Positions 25,365 through 37,870 of a stretch of 64,000 bases of DNA are shown here, one piece after another. Position numbers and translations under genes: made by a program. Under the pieces are notes generated by a model. That model did no database searches, was not told where the DNA came from, and worked only from the letters and a program-made list of their open reading frames with translations. This DNA is from Octopus bimaculoides (lineage: Eukaryota). The number at the start of each line of letters is the position of its first letter. Position 1 is the stretch's first letter. The stretch is taken from contig NC_068981.1 in NCBI RefSeq assembly GCF_001194135.2, forward strand, positions 101,887,449-101,951,448. The letters run 5' to 3'.

Positions 25365-25615
25365 ATTCCACGTCGGTCACCAGAGTGATATTTGATCACT
25401 TTATGGAGTGTCTGAGTGTCAGTTTGGTGTCTGGAATGGGATAGCTTACCTCATGGGCAGGTAGAAGCTCTTTAAACTTGGTTGGTAATCTACCGAGGAG
25501 AAGGAAATCTCTGAAATAAAACTTGAGGCCTTGGAAGTTCCTGATTTTGTCAATTTTCATGTCACACCAGCGAAAGTCTTCTTGAAAAAAAAAGCAGTTG
25601 TAATGCATCAACCTG
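25365..25615 (-). mobile_element. Probable RTE endonuclease-region fragment, inverted relative to the adjacent RT fragment
   Basis: Degenerate translation FRWC...QG..F.FR...LP...LTLR......ITLV resembles the RTE APE stretch (GVGFAI...LP..ISER.MTLR.....ATLISAYAP). Judged by eye only. Confidence 0.4.
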
Positions 25616-25639
25616 CATGTGGTGCTGTTTGTAACCCCG

Positions 25640-26505
25640 CTAAAATTTTTGTTAAGGGATAGTTACTTGAGGTTTTCAATTCGTTTGTCTACCTTGGAAG
25701 CTCTGTTCAAAATGATGGAAATCTTGATACAGAAATACAGCTGCGAATTCAAAAGGCAGCAAAAGCATTTGGTGGCTTGGAGTCACGCGTTTGGTGCCNN
25801 NNNNNNNNAGAAATACAGCTGCGAATTCAAAGGGCAGCAAAAGCATTTGGTGGCTTGGAGTCACGCGTTTGGTGCCAGTGACATATAAATAAGAATACAA
25901 AGCTGGCTCTTTACAAATCATTTCTCTAACCATCCCTGTTGTATTCCTGTGAAACTTGGACTTCTTATGAAAAGCATTTTAAACTGTTAGAACAATTCCA
26001 CCAAAAATGCCTTCATTGCATTTTAAAAATTAAATGCAGTTCTTTTTCTCCAAACGCAGACGTCCTTGCATCTGCAGGAATCACCTCAATTAAAGCTATG
26101 ATTTTGAAAAACCAACTGAGATGGTGTGGCCATATTATTCAAATGGCAGATGAACACATGCCGTAAAATGCTGTTTTATGGTGAGCTTGCAGAGGGGAAA
26201 TGTTATTGGCGTAAACCTAAAAAAACGTTTAAGGACGGCATAAGGACTACTATGAAGTCACTTGGAATGCTTCCAGAAGATATAGAAACCCTTGCTTCAG
26301 GTGGATGGTGAACAAAGGTGTGGAGTGGAGTAAAAGCATTTGAAGAGGCCAGGATAACGCAAATAAAACTCTAAAGAGATCTAAGGAAGAATGTAACGAT
26401 CGAGAAGATGAATGACAATGACATTTTTGTGTGCATAGTCTGTGACAGACCATGCCTGTTTTTTTGCTAGCCTCAAATCTCATCTGCAAACACACATGGA
26501 ATCTG
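25640..26505 (+). mobile_element. RTE-clade LINE, 3' fragment (RT thumb to C-terminus), pseudogenised
   Basis: FVYLGSSVQNDGNLDTEIQLRIQKAAKAFGGL...LLYSCETWT...LEQFHQKCL..IL...QLRWCGHI..M...KMLFYGEL..G...KPKKTFKD, then C-x2-C. Contains stops and frameshifts. Confidence 0.92.
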
Positions 26506-26671
26506 AAGTCAGAACATAAAGGTGGCTGGAATGCTGCTAAACATTTTGCTCAGCTCACTAATGATTCTGCCAGCCTATTGCCTAATGTGTATGCTACTAT
26601 TACCATTATTATTCATGTTTCAACATGTTTTTCATATATAAGGAATGTTAAATGATGATAATATATATATA

Positions 26672-27050
26672 CAGGCATGGCTGTGTGGTAAGAAGCTTGC
26701 TTCCCAACCACATGGTTCTAGGGCAAGTGTTTTCTACTATAGCCTTGGGCTGACCAAAGCCTTGTGAATGAATTTGGTAGACAGAAACTGAAAGATGCCT
26801 GTTGTGTGTGTGTGTGTGTGCGCAATCGCATGCGTTTGTGTGTGTGTTTGTCCTCACCCTCATCGCTTGACAACTGATGTTGGTGTATTTACGTCCCTGT
26901 AACTCAGCGGTCCAGCAGAAGAGACTGATAGAATAAACACCAGGCTTACAAAGAATAAGTCCAGGGGTCGATTTCTTTTACTAAAATGCTATGTTCCAGC
27001 ATGGCCACAATAAAAATGACTGAAACAAGTAAGAGAATAAAATAAAAGAA
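26672..27050 (+). mobile_element. SINE family A with a deletion after the anticodon-like region
   Basis: catggttctag|ggcaagtg lacks the B-box segment present in other copies. Confidence 0.8.
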
Positions 27051-27072
27051 AGAATATATATTTATATATATA

Positions 27073-27302
27073 TAGGCGCGGGAGTGGCTGTGTGGTAAGT
27101 AGCTTGCTTACCACCCACATGGTTCTGGGTTCAGTCCCACTGCGTGGCATCTCGGGCCGACCAAAGCCTTGTGAGTGGATTTGGTAGATGGAAACTGAAA
27201 GGAGCCCGTCGTATATATGTATATATATATGTGTGTGTGTGTTTGTGTGTGTGTGTTTGTGTATCTGTGTTTGTCCCCCAACATCGCTTGACAACTGATG
27301 CT
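27073..27302 (+). mobile_element. SINE family A (young), internal deletion, runs into gap
   Basis: ggcgcgggagtggctgtgtggtaagtagc...ggttcagtcccactgcgtggcatc|tcgggccgacc. Confidence 0.85.
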
Positions 27303-28934
27303 NNNNNNNNNNNNNNNNNNNNNNNNNNNNNNNNNNNNNNNNNNNNNNNNNNNNNNNNNNNNNNNNNNNNNNNNNNNNNNNNNNNNNNNNNNNNNNNNNN
27401 NNNNNNNNNNNNNNNNNNNNNNNNNNNNNNNNNNNNNNNNNNNNNNNNNNNNNNNNNNNNNNNNNNNNNNNNNNNNNNNNNNNNNNNNNNNNNNNNNNNN
27501 NNNNNNNNNNNNNNNNNNNNNNNNNNNNNNNNNNNNNNNNNNNATATATATCTTGCCTGAAAGACAAATTGATTGCAAACATATTAGGGATCCTTTTAAA
27601 TTCATTTCAACCACCAAGTTTTTTTTCAACTTTTTCATGCTGATGTCATCATTATAATCATTTAATGTCCAATTTCTATGCAGGCATGGGCTGGACAGTT
27701 TGACAAGAGCTGGCTAGGCAGAAGACTGTACCAGACTTCACTGTTTGTTTTGCCGTAGATGTTATGGCTTGATGCTCTTCCTAATGCCAGCTGCTGTTCC
27801 TTTGCATACTGATGACAAAAATCATGTTCATTTTTTCCTAGAAATTAATAATAAAAAAAGTTATAATCCTTTAAAATTATGAAGCTTTAGCTAATCAGAG
27901 GCTTCATTTGCTGACATAACAAAACTTTGAGAAAGGATTTGGTACAGAGACTGACAGGAACATATCGTGCATGCATGTGTGTATGCGTTTGAGTGTGCTC
28001 TTGTCTTGAAATCATGTGATAGTCATACAACTTTCATGGAAAAATATGTCTGGCCATAGGGAAAAATTACCTTGCTTGGAAGTAGGTGAGTGTTGAAAAC
28101 AGGAAGGGCATTCAACCATAGAAAATCTGCTTCAGTGAATTCTGTCTGGCCCAATCGAGTATGGAAAAGTGAATGTTGTTATGATGATCCATTTATTTCC
28201 CATTTAGGATGAGAAATGAAAGAAACCTATGACTGTTATTACAAGTAGTTTGAGCAACCACTCAAAGGCCTCCTTGGTTTGCAGGCCAGCGTTCCATCTA
28301 TAAATAGTTTCATGTTATTAAATTCTAATTCACAACGGTTAATAAATTAATAATGCAAAACTATTTATAAACTGCCAGCCATAATTCAAAGAACTTTTGA
28401 CCTGATGTTACATTCATTAAAACTAAAACTACAAAGGATGTAACATTCATTCATATTTCCAACTCCACACTTTGCTGAAAGAGTTTGGGGTCAATGTATT
28501 AGTTGATGATTTACTAATAAATGAATGGCTGAATATATATATTGGCAAATATCTCACAAAAGACCTACTTTGGTCTACTTTCACTCTAATTAAGCCAGAT
28601 ATGAGTCTGGGTCATTTTTAGTTGTTTAGTTACAGAGTGAATGCGTATGCACACATGCACATACTTAATACAAGTTCTGGCTTTATAGAGAGAAGAATAA
28701 GGGAACTCAATATGTTATGCAGAATTTCAAGGTTTTTATCATTTTTTAAAACTGTAAACATTAAAAGTTATTTGGGTGTGTTCAGTATTGTGTGCTTCAA
28801 GCATTGAAAAGTGCCATGTGCAAACCTTTAAAACTCCTGAGTACTATCTAAAGTGTTTTTCAGAATTAAAAATAATGTGTGTATGTGTATATAAGTATAT
28901 ATGTATGCATATAAGTATGCATATGTGTATATAT

Positions 28935-29262
28935 AAAGGATAAAGACCCACTTTGATCATGAATAACAATGGGATTGCATCTAGAAAGTTACCCTCTGAG
29001 GTACATGTCCATTTATGGGAGACCAGCAGTCACCAATGCATACCAGCCTCCCATCTCCATGCCATTGATGTTATCCAAGGGAAAGGCAAAAGCTGATACA
29101 GCTTGGCACGGGTGACGTCACAACGCATTTCTACAGCTGAGTGAACTGGAACATGAAATAAAGTGTCTTGCTCAAGAACACAACACATAGCCCCATCCGG
29201 GAATTGAACTCTTAGAGTTAGAGCATTGTGAGCCCAATGCTCTAACTACTGAGTCATGCACC

Positions 29263-29268
<6 letters not shown>
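28935..29268 (-). mobile_element. tRNA-derived SINE family D (CORE/Meta-like block), full length
   Basis: The minus strand reads gaaggtgcatgactcagtagttagagc...gagttcaattcccgga...gttcttgagcaagacactttatttca...ccagttcactcagctg. Confidence 0.75.
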
Positions 29269-29330
<62 letters not shown>

Positions 29331-29566
29331 CACGTATATACATATTGTATTTTTCTCATTATCTTTCCATCATCACTTTGATGTCTACTTATTCATGTTT
29401 GCATGAATCAAAAAGAATTTGTTGAAGCAGATTTTCTGAAGCAGAATACCCTTCCTGTCAAGAACGCTTAGCTGTTTCCAAGCAAGATAATATTTCCCTT
29501 TAGTCAGACATGTTTTCAAAGGAAATTAGAAACAAATGGTACTGCTTGTTTGATGATGTTTATTAA

Positions 29567-29776
29567 CCCTTTAGCATTTAAACTGGCTACAACCGGCACA
29601 AATATTTTATGCTAAAACTGACTAAATCTATCCTCTTATACCTACCCTACAATGTCATTCTAAAAATAACAATCACATCATTTAAATCTTAAAGCTACAA
29701 TATAATGCATGATTAATTCAAAACAACATGAATCAATAAGCATTTCACTTGACAGAGTAATCTGAATGCTAAAGGG
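29567..29776. mobile_element. piggyBac-like MITE, second copy at 58025-58229 in the opposite orientation
   Basis: TTAA|ccctttagcatt...aatgctaaaggg|TTGA termini. Confidence 0.8.
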
Positions 29777-30053
29777 TTGAACATGATGTGACACACACAC
29801 GATTTGACAAGGTCTGATGAATTAGAGGACTGTGTCATGCGAACCACTTTATGTACAACCAGGCACATATACACATATATATGTATAAACACACACATAC
29901 ACACCCGTAAGTAATTATTTAAAACTTGGGTATACACCTGATAGTATACTGATTAAAGCACTTTCATTGTCTATGGCTACCTGATGTCATCAGCAGTATG
30001 GATATGTCACTGGATCTACCTAAGGAATTTCTCAGGGTCCGTCAGGTATATAA

Positions 30054-30440
30054 CAAATGAGAGAAGGAGAAAATGGAATTCACAAGATTCTTTATTAATC
30101 ACAACAATCATTTCGACCCATCTCACATTGGTCCCTCACGGGTGGGGTACTGTACAACTGGTTGAGGGGTATCCATTGGTGCAGATGTGCAAACCACAAA
30201 AGTCTGCATGCAACCAGCCACAGATGAATAACAACGCGCATTATAATCGAAGCAAGCTAAACCAAATTTATTGAGCAAAGTACTTTTGAAAGTCGCCTGA
30301 TGATACATCTGCACTGAAGGATGCGCCACTACCTGTTGTCCAGAATCTCATCTGAAAAGAACTGATGCAAGATGGGTTGAAATGATCATTGTGATTAATA
30401 AAGAATCTCATGAATTCCATTTCCTCTTTCTCTTATTTGC
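30054..30440. mobile_element. Fold-back element with ~75-bp inverted arms and a degenerate hammerhead motif (Penelope pLTR-like)
   Basis: 30054-30128 is the reverse complement of 30365-30440. The minus strand at 30100-30144 reads cac ccgtga gg gacc..ggtc gaaa tgattg tt gtg. Confidence 0.55.
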
Positions 30441-30738
30441 TTCATGAATATATATATATGTTGAAATTCAGGTGAATAAGGCACTTAAATTTTAAGACAC
30501 GGAGTTGGGTCAGAATTAAAATGCATACACAGCAATTATAGACAAATACCAACATAGTTATAGAAGAACTGGAAGAAGGATATTCAGATTATATATGCAA
30601 TTAATTGAACCCAACTGAGTGTATCATCAGCCCTTGCGCTAATTCAGAAATGCACATTTCATTAAATATATGGTCTATAATATACTTCAGAATATGCAAG
30701 GGGCAGGTTCTGAAAAAGGGGAATCATAGATAAATAGA

Positions 30739-31119
30739 TAACAAATGATGAATAGGTGTCCATTCATTACGGCTGTTTCTAATGAAATTTTTTAATTGAT
30801 TAATGAGTAGATTATAGCAATAAAAAAAACCATTTTTTCCAAATGAATACACAAATTATACAATTAAGGACATTTAAAAAATTTTTAATCCATGGCACAT
30901 ACATATTTAGTGATTCTACGATCAACGCTTGTTGCTTGTGGAATCACTAAATATGCACATGCTGTGGATTAAAAGTTTTTTTTAAATGTTCTTAATTGTA
31001 TAATTCATGTATTCATCTGAAGCAATTGCTTTTTTATAATGATATAATGTACTCATTAATCCATCAAAATATTTGTTGGAAACAGCTGTAATGAATTGAT
31101 ACTTATCCATCATTTGTTA
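30739..31119. mobile_element. Long imperfect hairpin (~190-bp arms, 4-nt loop) with a hammerhead-like motif in each arm
   Basis: The arms pair up to the loop gctt at 30927-30930. The right arm 31011-31096 reads attcat ctgaagc ...55 nt... gaaa cagctg ta atgaat. Confidence 0.6.
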
Positions 31120-33883
31120 GATATAAAATGGGTTTCCTACAGTTTCTGTGTACAAAATTCACTCACAAGACACTGGTTAGCCTGGGGCTATAGGAAAAGA
31201 GTAACTCACGATGCTGTGTAGTGGGACTGAACTTGAAATTATGTGGTTGTGAAGCAACTGTCTTAACCTCACAGTCATGTTTGCACTTTATAGTATAATA
31301 TTTTGAATGAACTAGTATTGTTATATTTGGAGTAAATGTCTGTTACAACCTCAAGGCCACCAAAATTCTACAGTTTTTGCTTTTTATTATCAGTTCTTTC
31401 AAATATTTCTTTCATAGTAGATGTCTTCCTGTCTTCTGGCACCATGTGATGGTTGGATCATTGCCACGTTGTTTTTAGTACTATTGTTGTTATTTTTACT
31501 GTAAGTACAAACAATGCCAAAGTAATGTTGTTGCTTTTTTCTTTCAAAAACATTTATTTTTTTAAAATGTTTTCAAACATCATTTTACAAATACACACAT
31601 ACGCACAATTTTTTTTCCTGATTAGCATTGCGTAGATAGGCTATAAATTTAGACTTTTGGATGAAATTTTGGTGGAAATATTTTACAGTGATGTCTGATT
31701 TGTTCTCAGGGCATATACAAGACAAACTATATTTTCAATGAGAGAGAGAGAGAGAGAATTAAAGGCAGTAGAGGTGGTAGTATGTTGTACTACTAACCAA
31801 ATGGATGAAAGTTCATCTACTATCTGTGATGTACTGATACTAAAAGTTTGATGACTAGCTGTAGCTGAATCTAGCACTAAACACTTTGTCCATTAAATTC
31901 TTATTAGAATTGTATCCCTCTGAAGATTTTCTTGCACAGAACAAGGTCAAATGAGAAAGATATTAGAAAAGAAATGTCTTAAAAGAATTATACCCAGCCC
32001 TCCAGTAAAGCAAATGTGTTGGAGCTATTAGTATTTATTGATTGGAAGCAAGCCACAATATACATAGATCAGTATCGGCCCTGAGAGCATGCATAATCCC
32101 AAGGAAACTTCCCAGTGTGCCTACACCTTAAGATGGATCTGGACCAGAATGTTGTTGTTTAGCCCTAGGTCAGTCCTGATTGAACTGTCTTCCTTTCTTG
32201 TATAATGAGGACTGCTTATGCTGATGTGTCCAGTTTTTTTTTTAAATAACAGCATGTGGTTAGGTTGTGATTTACTGTCAGGTCATGATCAATCCTATCA
32301 GACTGATAGAAACCTGCTACCGGCAACCATGTAAACCAGTACAATCTGCATATAGTTGAGTTTGTGTGGTTAGTGACTAAAGTGGCTCACAACAGTGAAG
32401 ATGTGTGGGCATTCTGCAGGATTAAAAACCTGTCAAAGGGGGGATAAGTTCCTTGAGAACCAACGGTATTTACATTCTGGGGAGAAGACACACACCACTA
32501 AGATTACCAAACTTAATGAAATACTCGAATGGAAGTTACATTCAGATGTTTGGAAAACTCATAACTGTGAGGGGTGGAAAAAATTGCTAAAAGGTTTCAA
32601 GTACCTCAATGGCAGAAATGCTATAGGAATGGCTTGACTTGATTTGTGATTTAAGGAGGATTAGGAAGTTATTTCTCTTTTATTTAAAGCTGTTAATGTG
32701 TTATTTTAGTGTGATTCGGCTGTTATTTTTAGCAGGTTGAGTGAATACATAATGGCTTCCTTGTTGGCTTCTAGAAAAATTATTTTGTTGGCTTGTGTGG
32801 TGGTGAGTTGTGAGATGAAGTAGAGTGTAAGGTTTCAGTCAGGGTTCTTCATCAAACAAGGGGTTTTCTCTCTGAAATATTAGTTCCCACAACATCCCCT
32901 GACACACCATTAAATATAATTCAGTTCTATTTCAGTATCAAACCAGCCAATCAGCTAACTCATCAGTCAAGCCAGAAAATAACTGATTCTAGCAAACAAA
33001 CTTCGAAAGTGGTTAAATTGGAAGTGGTAAATGTAATAAAAATGCATTTAAAGAACAAAAGAACATTATTTTGATGGTTAAGCTTTCATACTCTCATCAG
33101 ATAAGTGGTATGATTTTAATGTCTGAAACTAAGACTACAGAAGTCAGTAAACTGGTGTCATTTAATATTGTAGTCATGTGGTCACTTCTTATAGCTTTCT
33201 GGGTAACACAATATCTGCTTCTGTTCATGGATATCTATTCTGGTGAAGAATATTAGTTTTTCTGTCTACATACCAATGTATGTACACACACACACACATA
33301 TATATATACAAACACATAAATGGTAAATAGACATCATCTGGTTTCAACAATGACTATTCAGTTGTTCAACCAACTGAACTACTTGCTCACTGAATTAGTG
33401 GTGTAGCTGCCATAGAAATATGTACCTTTAATATTTTCCTTGGGTTAAGGCAGTGAGCTGGCAGAGTCATTAGTACGCTGGGTGAAATGCCGCTAAGCAT
33501 TTCATTTGTCTTTACATTCTGAGTTCAAATTTTGCTGAGGTTGACTATGCCTTTCATCTTTACAGGATTGATAAAATAAGTACTAGTTGAGCACTGTGGT
33601 TGATCTAATCAGCCTCTCTCTCCCCTGAAATTTCTGGCCTTGAGTCCAAACTTGAAAGCAATATTATCCTTGGGCAGAATCAACATGGCACATTGCATGA
33701 CAATGTTGGTCCATTGAATTACAAGCACAATCTGTTCAATGGGCTTTCATACAGTTTCTGTTTACCCAATTTTACTCATAAAAGTATGGATTGCCCTGAA
33801 GCTTTAGCAGAAGACAATTGCCCAAGATATTTTACAGTAGGTTTGATGGCAAACTTTAACCATCTGGCTTTTATCTATACATA

Positions 33884-35196
33884 CATGAGGGAGAGTCAAA
33901 AATTATAGGCATTCTTGTTTTTTTCAATGTATTTACACAAAAGCAGGGGATAAACAAGTACGTCATTTTTCTATATAGTCTCCTTCCTTTCTGATGCCCT
34001 TGATTCACCAGTCCACAAGCTTGCATATTTCCATGAAGAAGGTTTGCAGATGGCTGTGCAACCATTTATGCACTGCTTCCTTCACATCTTCATCCGTAGG
34101 AAATCGATGATCTCGTAAACCATCTTTGAGTAGTCTAAAGATATGACAGCCAGAAAGGGTAAAATCTGAGCTGTATGCAGAGTGTTCCAGCACCTCAAAA
34201 CCCAATTGGTAAATGGTTTCAATGGTCTGGTTGGCCATGTGTGAGTGTGCATTTTCATGCAACAACAAAACTTTCTTCGACAATAGGCTTCGGCATTTGG
34301 TGCGAATTGCTGGCTTTAGGCTGTTGGCTAGCAAAGCACTGTATCTTGCACTGTTGGTCGTACACCCCTTTTCCAGGTAGTCTTTCAATATAGGCCCTTC
34401 TGAGTCCCAAAAACAGGTTAACATCGCCTTTCCCATGGAAGACTGAATTTTGAATTTCTTTGTTGCTGGCAAGCTAGGATATTTCCACCCCATACTCTGT
34501 CTTTTGGATTCTGCCTCCTAATGATGGATCCACATTTCATCTCCTGTGGCTATTCTGCTCAAAAACTCCTCACCCTCATTGTTGTAGCAATTGAGTAAAT
34601 ATTGGCAGACCTCAAGATGTTTGTGCTTGTGTACTGCAGTAAGCTCTCTTGGCACCCATCTTGCACAAACTTTACGGAAGCCAAGCTCATTGTGGATGAT
34701 TTGATAGGCAGAACCATGATTGATCTGCAGAGAACAAGCTACCTCATTGATGATAACTTGCCAGTTCACCATTACCATCTCTCAAGCTCACTGAATCTTC
34801 TCGTCAGTGGAGGAGGTTGATGGGTGTCCAACTCCCTCTTTGTGTGTCACACTTGTCCAGTCACTTTTAAACTTCTTGATCCACTCATACACACTTCTAT
34901 ATAGCAGTGCACTGTCTCTGTATTGTGCTAAAAGCCTCTGATGAATTTCAGCACCTGACACACCTGACCAGAGAAATCAGATCACTGCTCTTAGTTCTTC
35001 TTTGGTGCACATTGCTAGTGGAGCAGTCATGCCTACACTGTAAAGTCAGAAAGAAAAAAATAGTGCGATCAGGCTCAAACTTTGATCACATGACCACAAT
35101 AGTACCAACTATAAGCATGCATGTGCAAAAGACAGTGTAACAATAATAAAGATATGTTATGGCGAAAGTGCAGATAATCTTTTACTTTCCCTCATA
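33884..35196 (-). mobile_element. Full-length mariner transposon (1313 bp), defective
   Basis: TA|catgagggagagtcaaaaattat...ataatcttttactttccctcata|TA inverted termini with a TA TSD, enclosing a mariner transposase. Confidence 0.92.
33965..35030 (-). pseudogene. mariner (D,D34D-type) transposase pseudogene
   Basis: MTAPLAMCTKEE...YEWIKKFK...KVCARWVPRELT...IATGDEMWIHH...KAMLTCFWDSEG...LLLHENAHSH...HSAYSSDFTLSGCHIF. Stops are present, and the second and third catalytic D are replaced (E, G). Confidence 0.92.
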
Positions 35197-35229
35197 TATA
35201 AAATTTTACACACCTTCAAGTCATAGTTG

Positions 35230-35452
35230 TGGCCAATGCCAGTGCCGTCTGACTGGCACCCATGCCTTTGGACATTGCACATCCAGCGAAGCATACTGAC
35301 TTCATTTCTTTCAAGCCTACACATGTCCTCGGCCGTCACAGCCCATGTTTCACTGCCATGTAGCATAGCTGTTCGCACACAGGCATCATACAATCTGCCC
35401 TTTACTCTGAGAGAGAGGCCCTTTGTTGTTAGCAGAGGCAGGAGCTTTCTAA
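35230..35452 (-). mobile_element. RTE LINE fragment
   Basis: RKLLPLLTTKGLSLRVKGRLYDACVRTAMLHGSETWAVTAEDMCRLERNEVSMLRWMC. Confidence 0.85.
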
Positions 35453-35954
35453 ATATTTATATATATATATATATACACATATATACATGCACATAATATA
35501 TACATATACACACACATGTGTATATATACATCTGTACATATGCACAGAAACACACATATATACATATATACATGCATATATATATACATGCACACACACA
35601 CAAACATATATATGTATACATACATCTGTACATATGCACAGAAACACACACACACAATATAATATACACCATTTGGCTAATTTGTATTAATCCACCAATG
35701 CATGGAATCTCTCCAGCATTTGCTAGTTGTCTTGGCAACTCAGTTTCATCATAGTTTGAAGGGAATAATATTAATCTAAACAAATGGATGACTTTCACTA
35801 TTAGTTTATTTATACACCGGCAGTTATTTAATGGTTCACTTGCTTTATGTCAATATGCAAAGGCGTCATTTGTTCGTGTTCAAAACCACTACTTTATTCC
35901 ACAATTCCATATCTATTGAGTGTTCTTTCTCCCAATTGTATATCCAAACATATA

Positions 35955-36007
<53 letters not shown>

Positions 36008-36689
36008 CTTGTATGTTCATGCACATATATACACATTTTTTCTTTTATTCTTTTACTAGTTAAAGTTAATTCTATGGCTCAATCTTCAAGGGTTTAGTCA
36101 ATCATATTGGCCCAGCATTTACAAGTTAATTTCAGTCTGGTAATTATTTTATTAATCATTATTTTTTTTAACTGCTAAGTGACAGGACATAAATTGACAT
36201 TGACATAAAATTAAATACAGACATGGGTACACACACCAATAAGTAAATATATCTATCTGAAACACACACATACATATATCCATCGTTTTCTCTCTCTCTC
36301 TCACACACACACTTGGCTAATTTTTGCACAGTTTCTTTCAAATTGCACACAAAAAGACATGGATAAATCCAAGATTATATTAGAAGACACTTGTCAAAGA
36401 TATGTGGTGGGAGAAAACTTACAGTAACATAGTTTTTAAGTGAACTTCTTCACAAAATGCCACTTTTTCTCATTCTTTTTATTTTTATGATAACCTTTTC
36501 TCATTCTTTTATTTTTCCTGTTCTGTTTTTCTTCTGATAAAGGGTTAATGTTCAAAATATCAAAACACTTTCTCTTTTTTTTAAGCCTTAAACTAATACA
36601 TTTGTTGAAAGTTGCCTCTCTCATTTTTTTTTATTGTGTGCTGATTGCCTTCTTAATCTATCATACATAAAAAGGGGAGAAACAGAAAG

Positions 36690-37870
36690 TAAGAGGTTGG
36701 TACATGCTCTGTGGTGAGGACATTGTAGGCAAGTGGTGTTCTGGATTGCAAGGTGGAAGGCTAATGAGAACCAAAATGTCACTGGGAATGGTATGTATGG
36801 AATGATGATGGTATGCTTAAAGAGATATGGAAAGGCTATACACAAGAAGTGGTTTGATGTGAACACATGACAGGATACAGATCTACTCCAAGATGACACA
36901 ACAGAGAGACCAACCATAAAAATGAAGGCTGTGTAGCTGTAAGTACAATGAAGTATATGAAGGTAAGTAAAGCAGCTTTATCAAGGATAGTCACTGGAAT
37001 GATTAAAATATCTGGCAAAGCAATCAGTTCTACAGCCATTCAGGTAGTACAGAAAGGTGTTATACCTAGTGATTAGCATAGCAATATTATTATGAACTGT
37101 TAGACGGGCAAGAGGCATTAGAGAGCAATAATTACAGTGGCATTAAATTGTTGGACAAAATCCTAAAAGTCATGGAAAGAGTTATAGTAAAATTGATTAA
37201 AAACAAGATTAGCCTAGATCAGATGCAGTTTATCTTCATGTATGAAAAGGTACAACTGATATCATCATCTCAGAGAGACAACAGCTAAAGTACTTAGCAA
37301 GGATTAAGCACCTATACTGAGCCTTTGACAAGGCACCACATCTTGTAACCTCAAGGCTGCTAAGGAAACTAGAAGTAGATGAATGGCTTGAGAGGGCCAC
37401 ATGCTTAGGTGCAGATAGCAAGGTGGAGAATCAGTAATGAGCTTAGTTATGTCTTCTTTCTTACTCACAAATGCTTTACATTTTTTGTTTATTTTGAACA
37501 TTTCAATTCCTAGTTTTGCTTCCATGTCTTGATTTTTCCTCTACATATTCTGTTTTAAGAACCAGGCCATCAGTATACAAAAGTCTCCATTGTCAGGTGG
37601 CCATAAACTTTTCGGTAATGGGCTAGAGAACTATTGCACAAGATGGAAGGAAACTGAGGACTGGGCTTTGACCAAATCCTACCTGCACACTAACTTTATC
37701 ATTAAACATCATACTCAATGGGTAGAAAAAGAAGAGGCCGAAACTTCTGTACAGTGTACCCAGATTAAACTGAGGATGTACAAAAGTTACAGATGGATTA
37801 TAGGCAGGCTGATAGAGAAAATAGGCAGCATGGTAGTGAGAGGTAAGCTTTGAATATGGAAGACTCAGGT
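36690..37870 (+). mobile_element. Degenerate RTE LINE reverse-transcriptase fragment
   Basis: Frameshifted MKVSKAA...GVIPSD...NNYSGIKLLDKILKVMERVI...LDQMQF...GTTD...AFDK......LRKLEVDEWL (RT subdomains 1-3). The 3' part beyond ~37450 is weak. Confidence 0.75.

Noticed and set aside
25731-25876. 68-bp direct duplication inside the RTE fragment
   Set aside because: The two copies flank a 10-N gap and differ by one base, which is typical of an unmerged haplotype overlap.
30296-30330. ctgatga followed by a catc/gatg stem
   Set aside because: No downstream GAAA, stem III or cleavage triplet.
30362-30393. ctgatg...gaaa-tgatca-tt in the right arm read as an intact HHR
   Set aside because: Alignment to the left arm shows this ctgatg is stem II/loop sequence altered by CpG decay, not the catalytic core.
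33075-33105. Minus-strand ctgatga-gagtat-gaaa-gctt
   Set aside because: No stem II or stem I, so probably a chance match.
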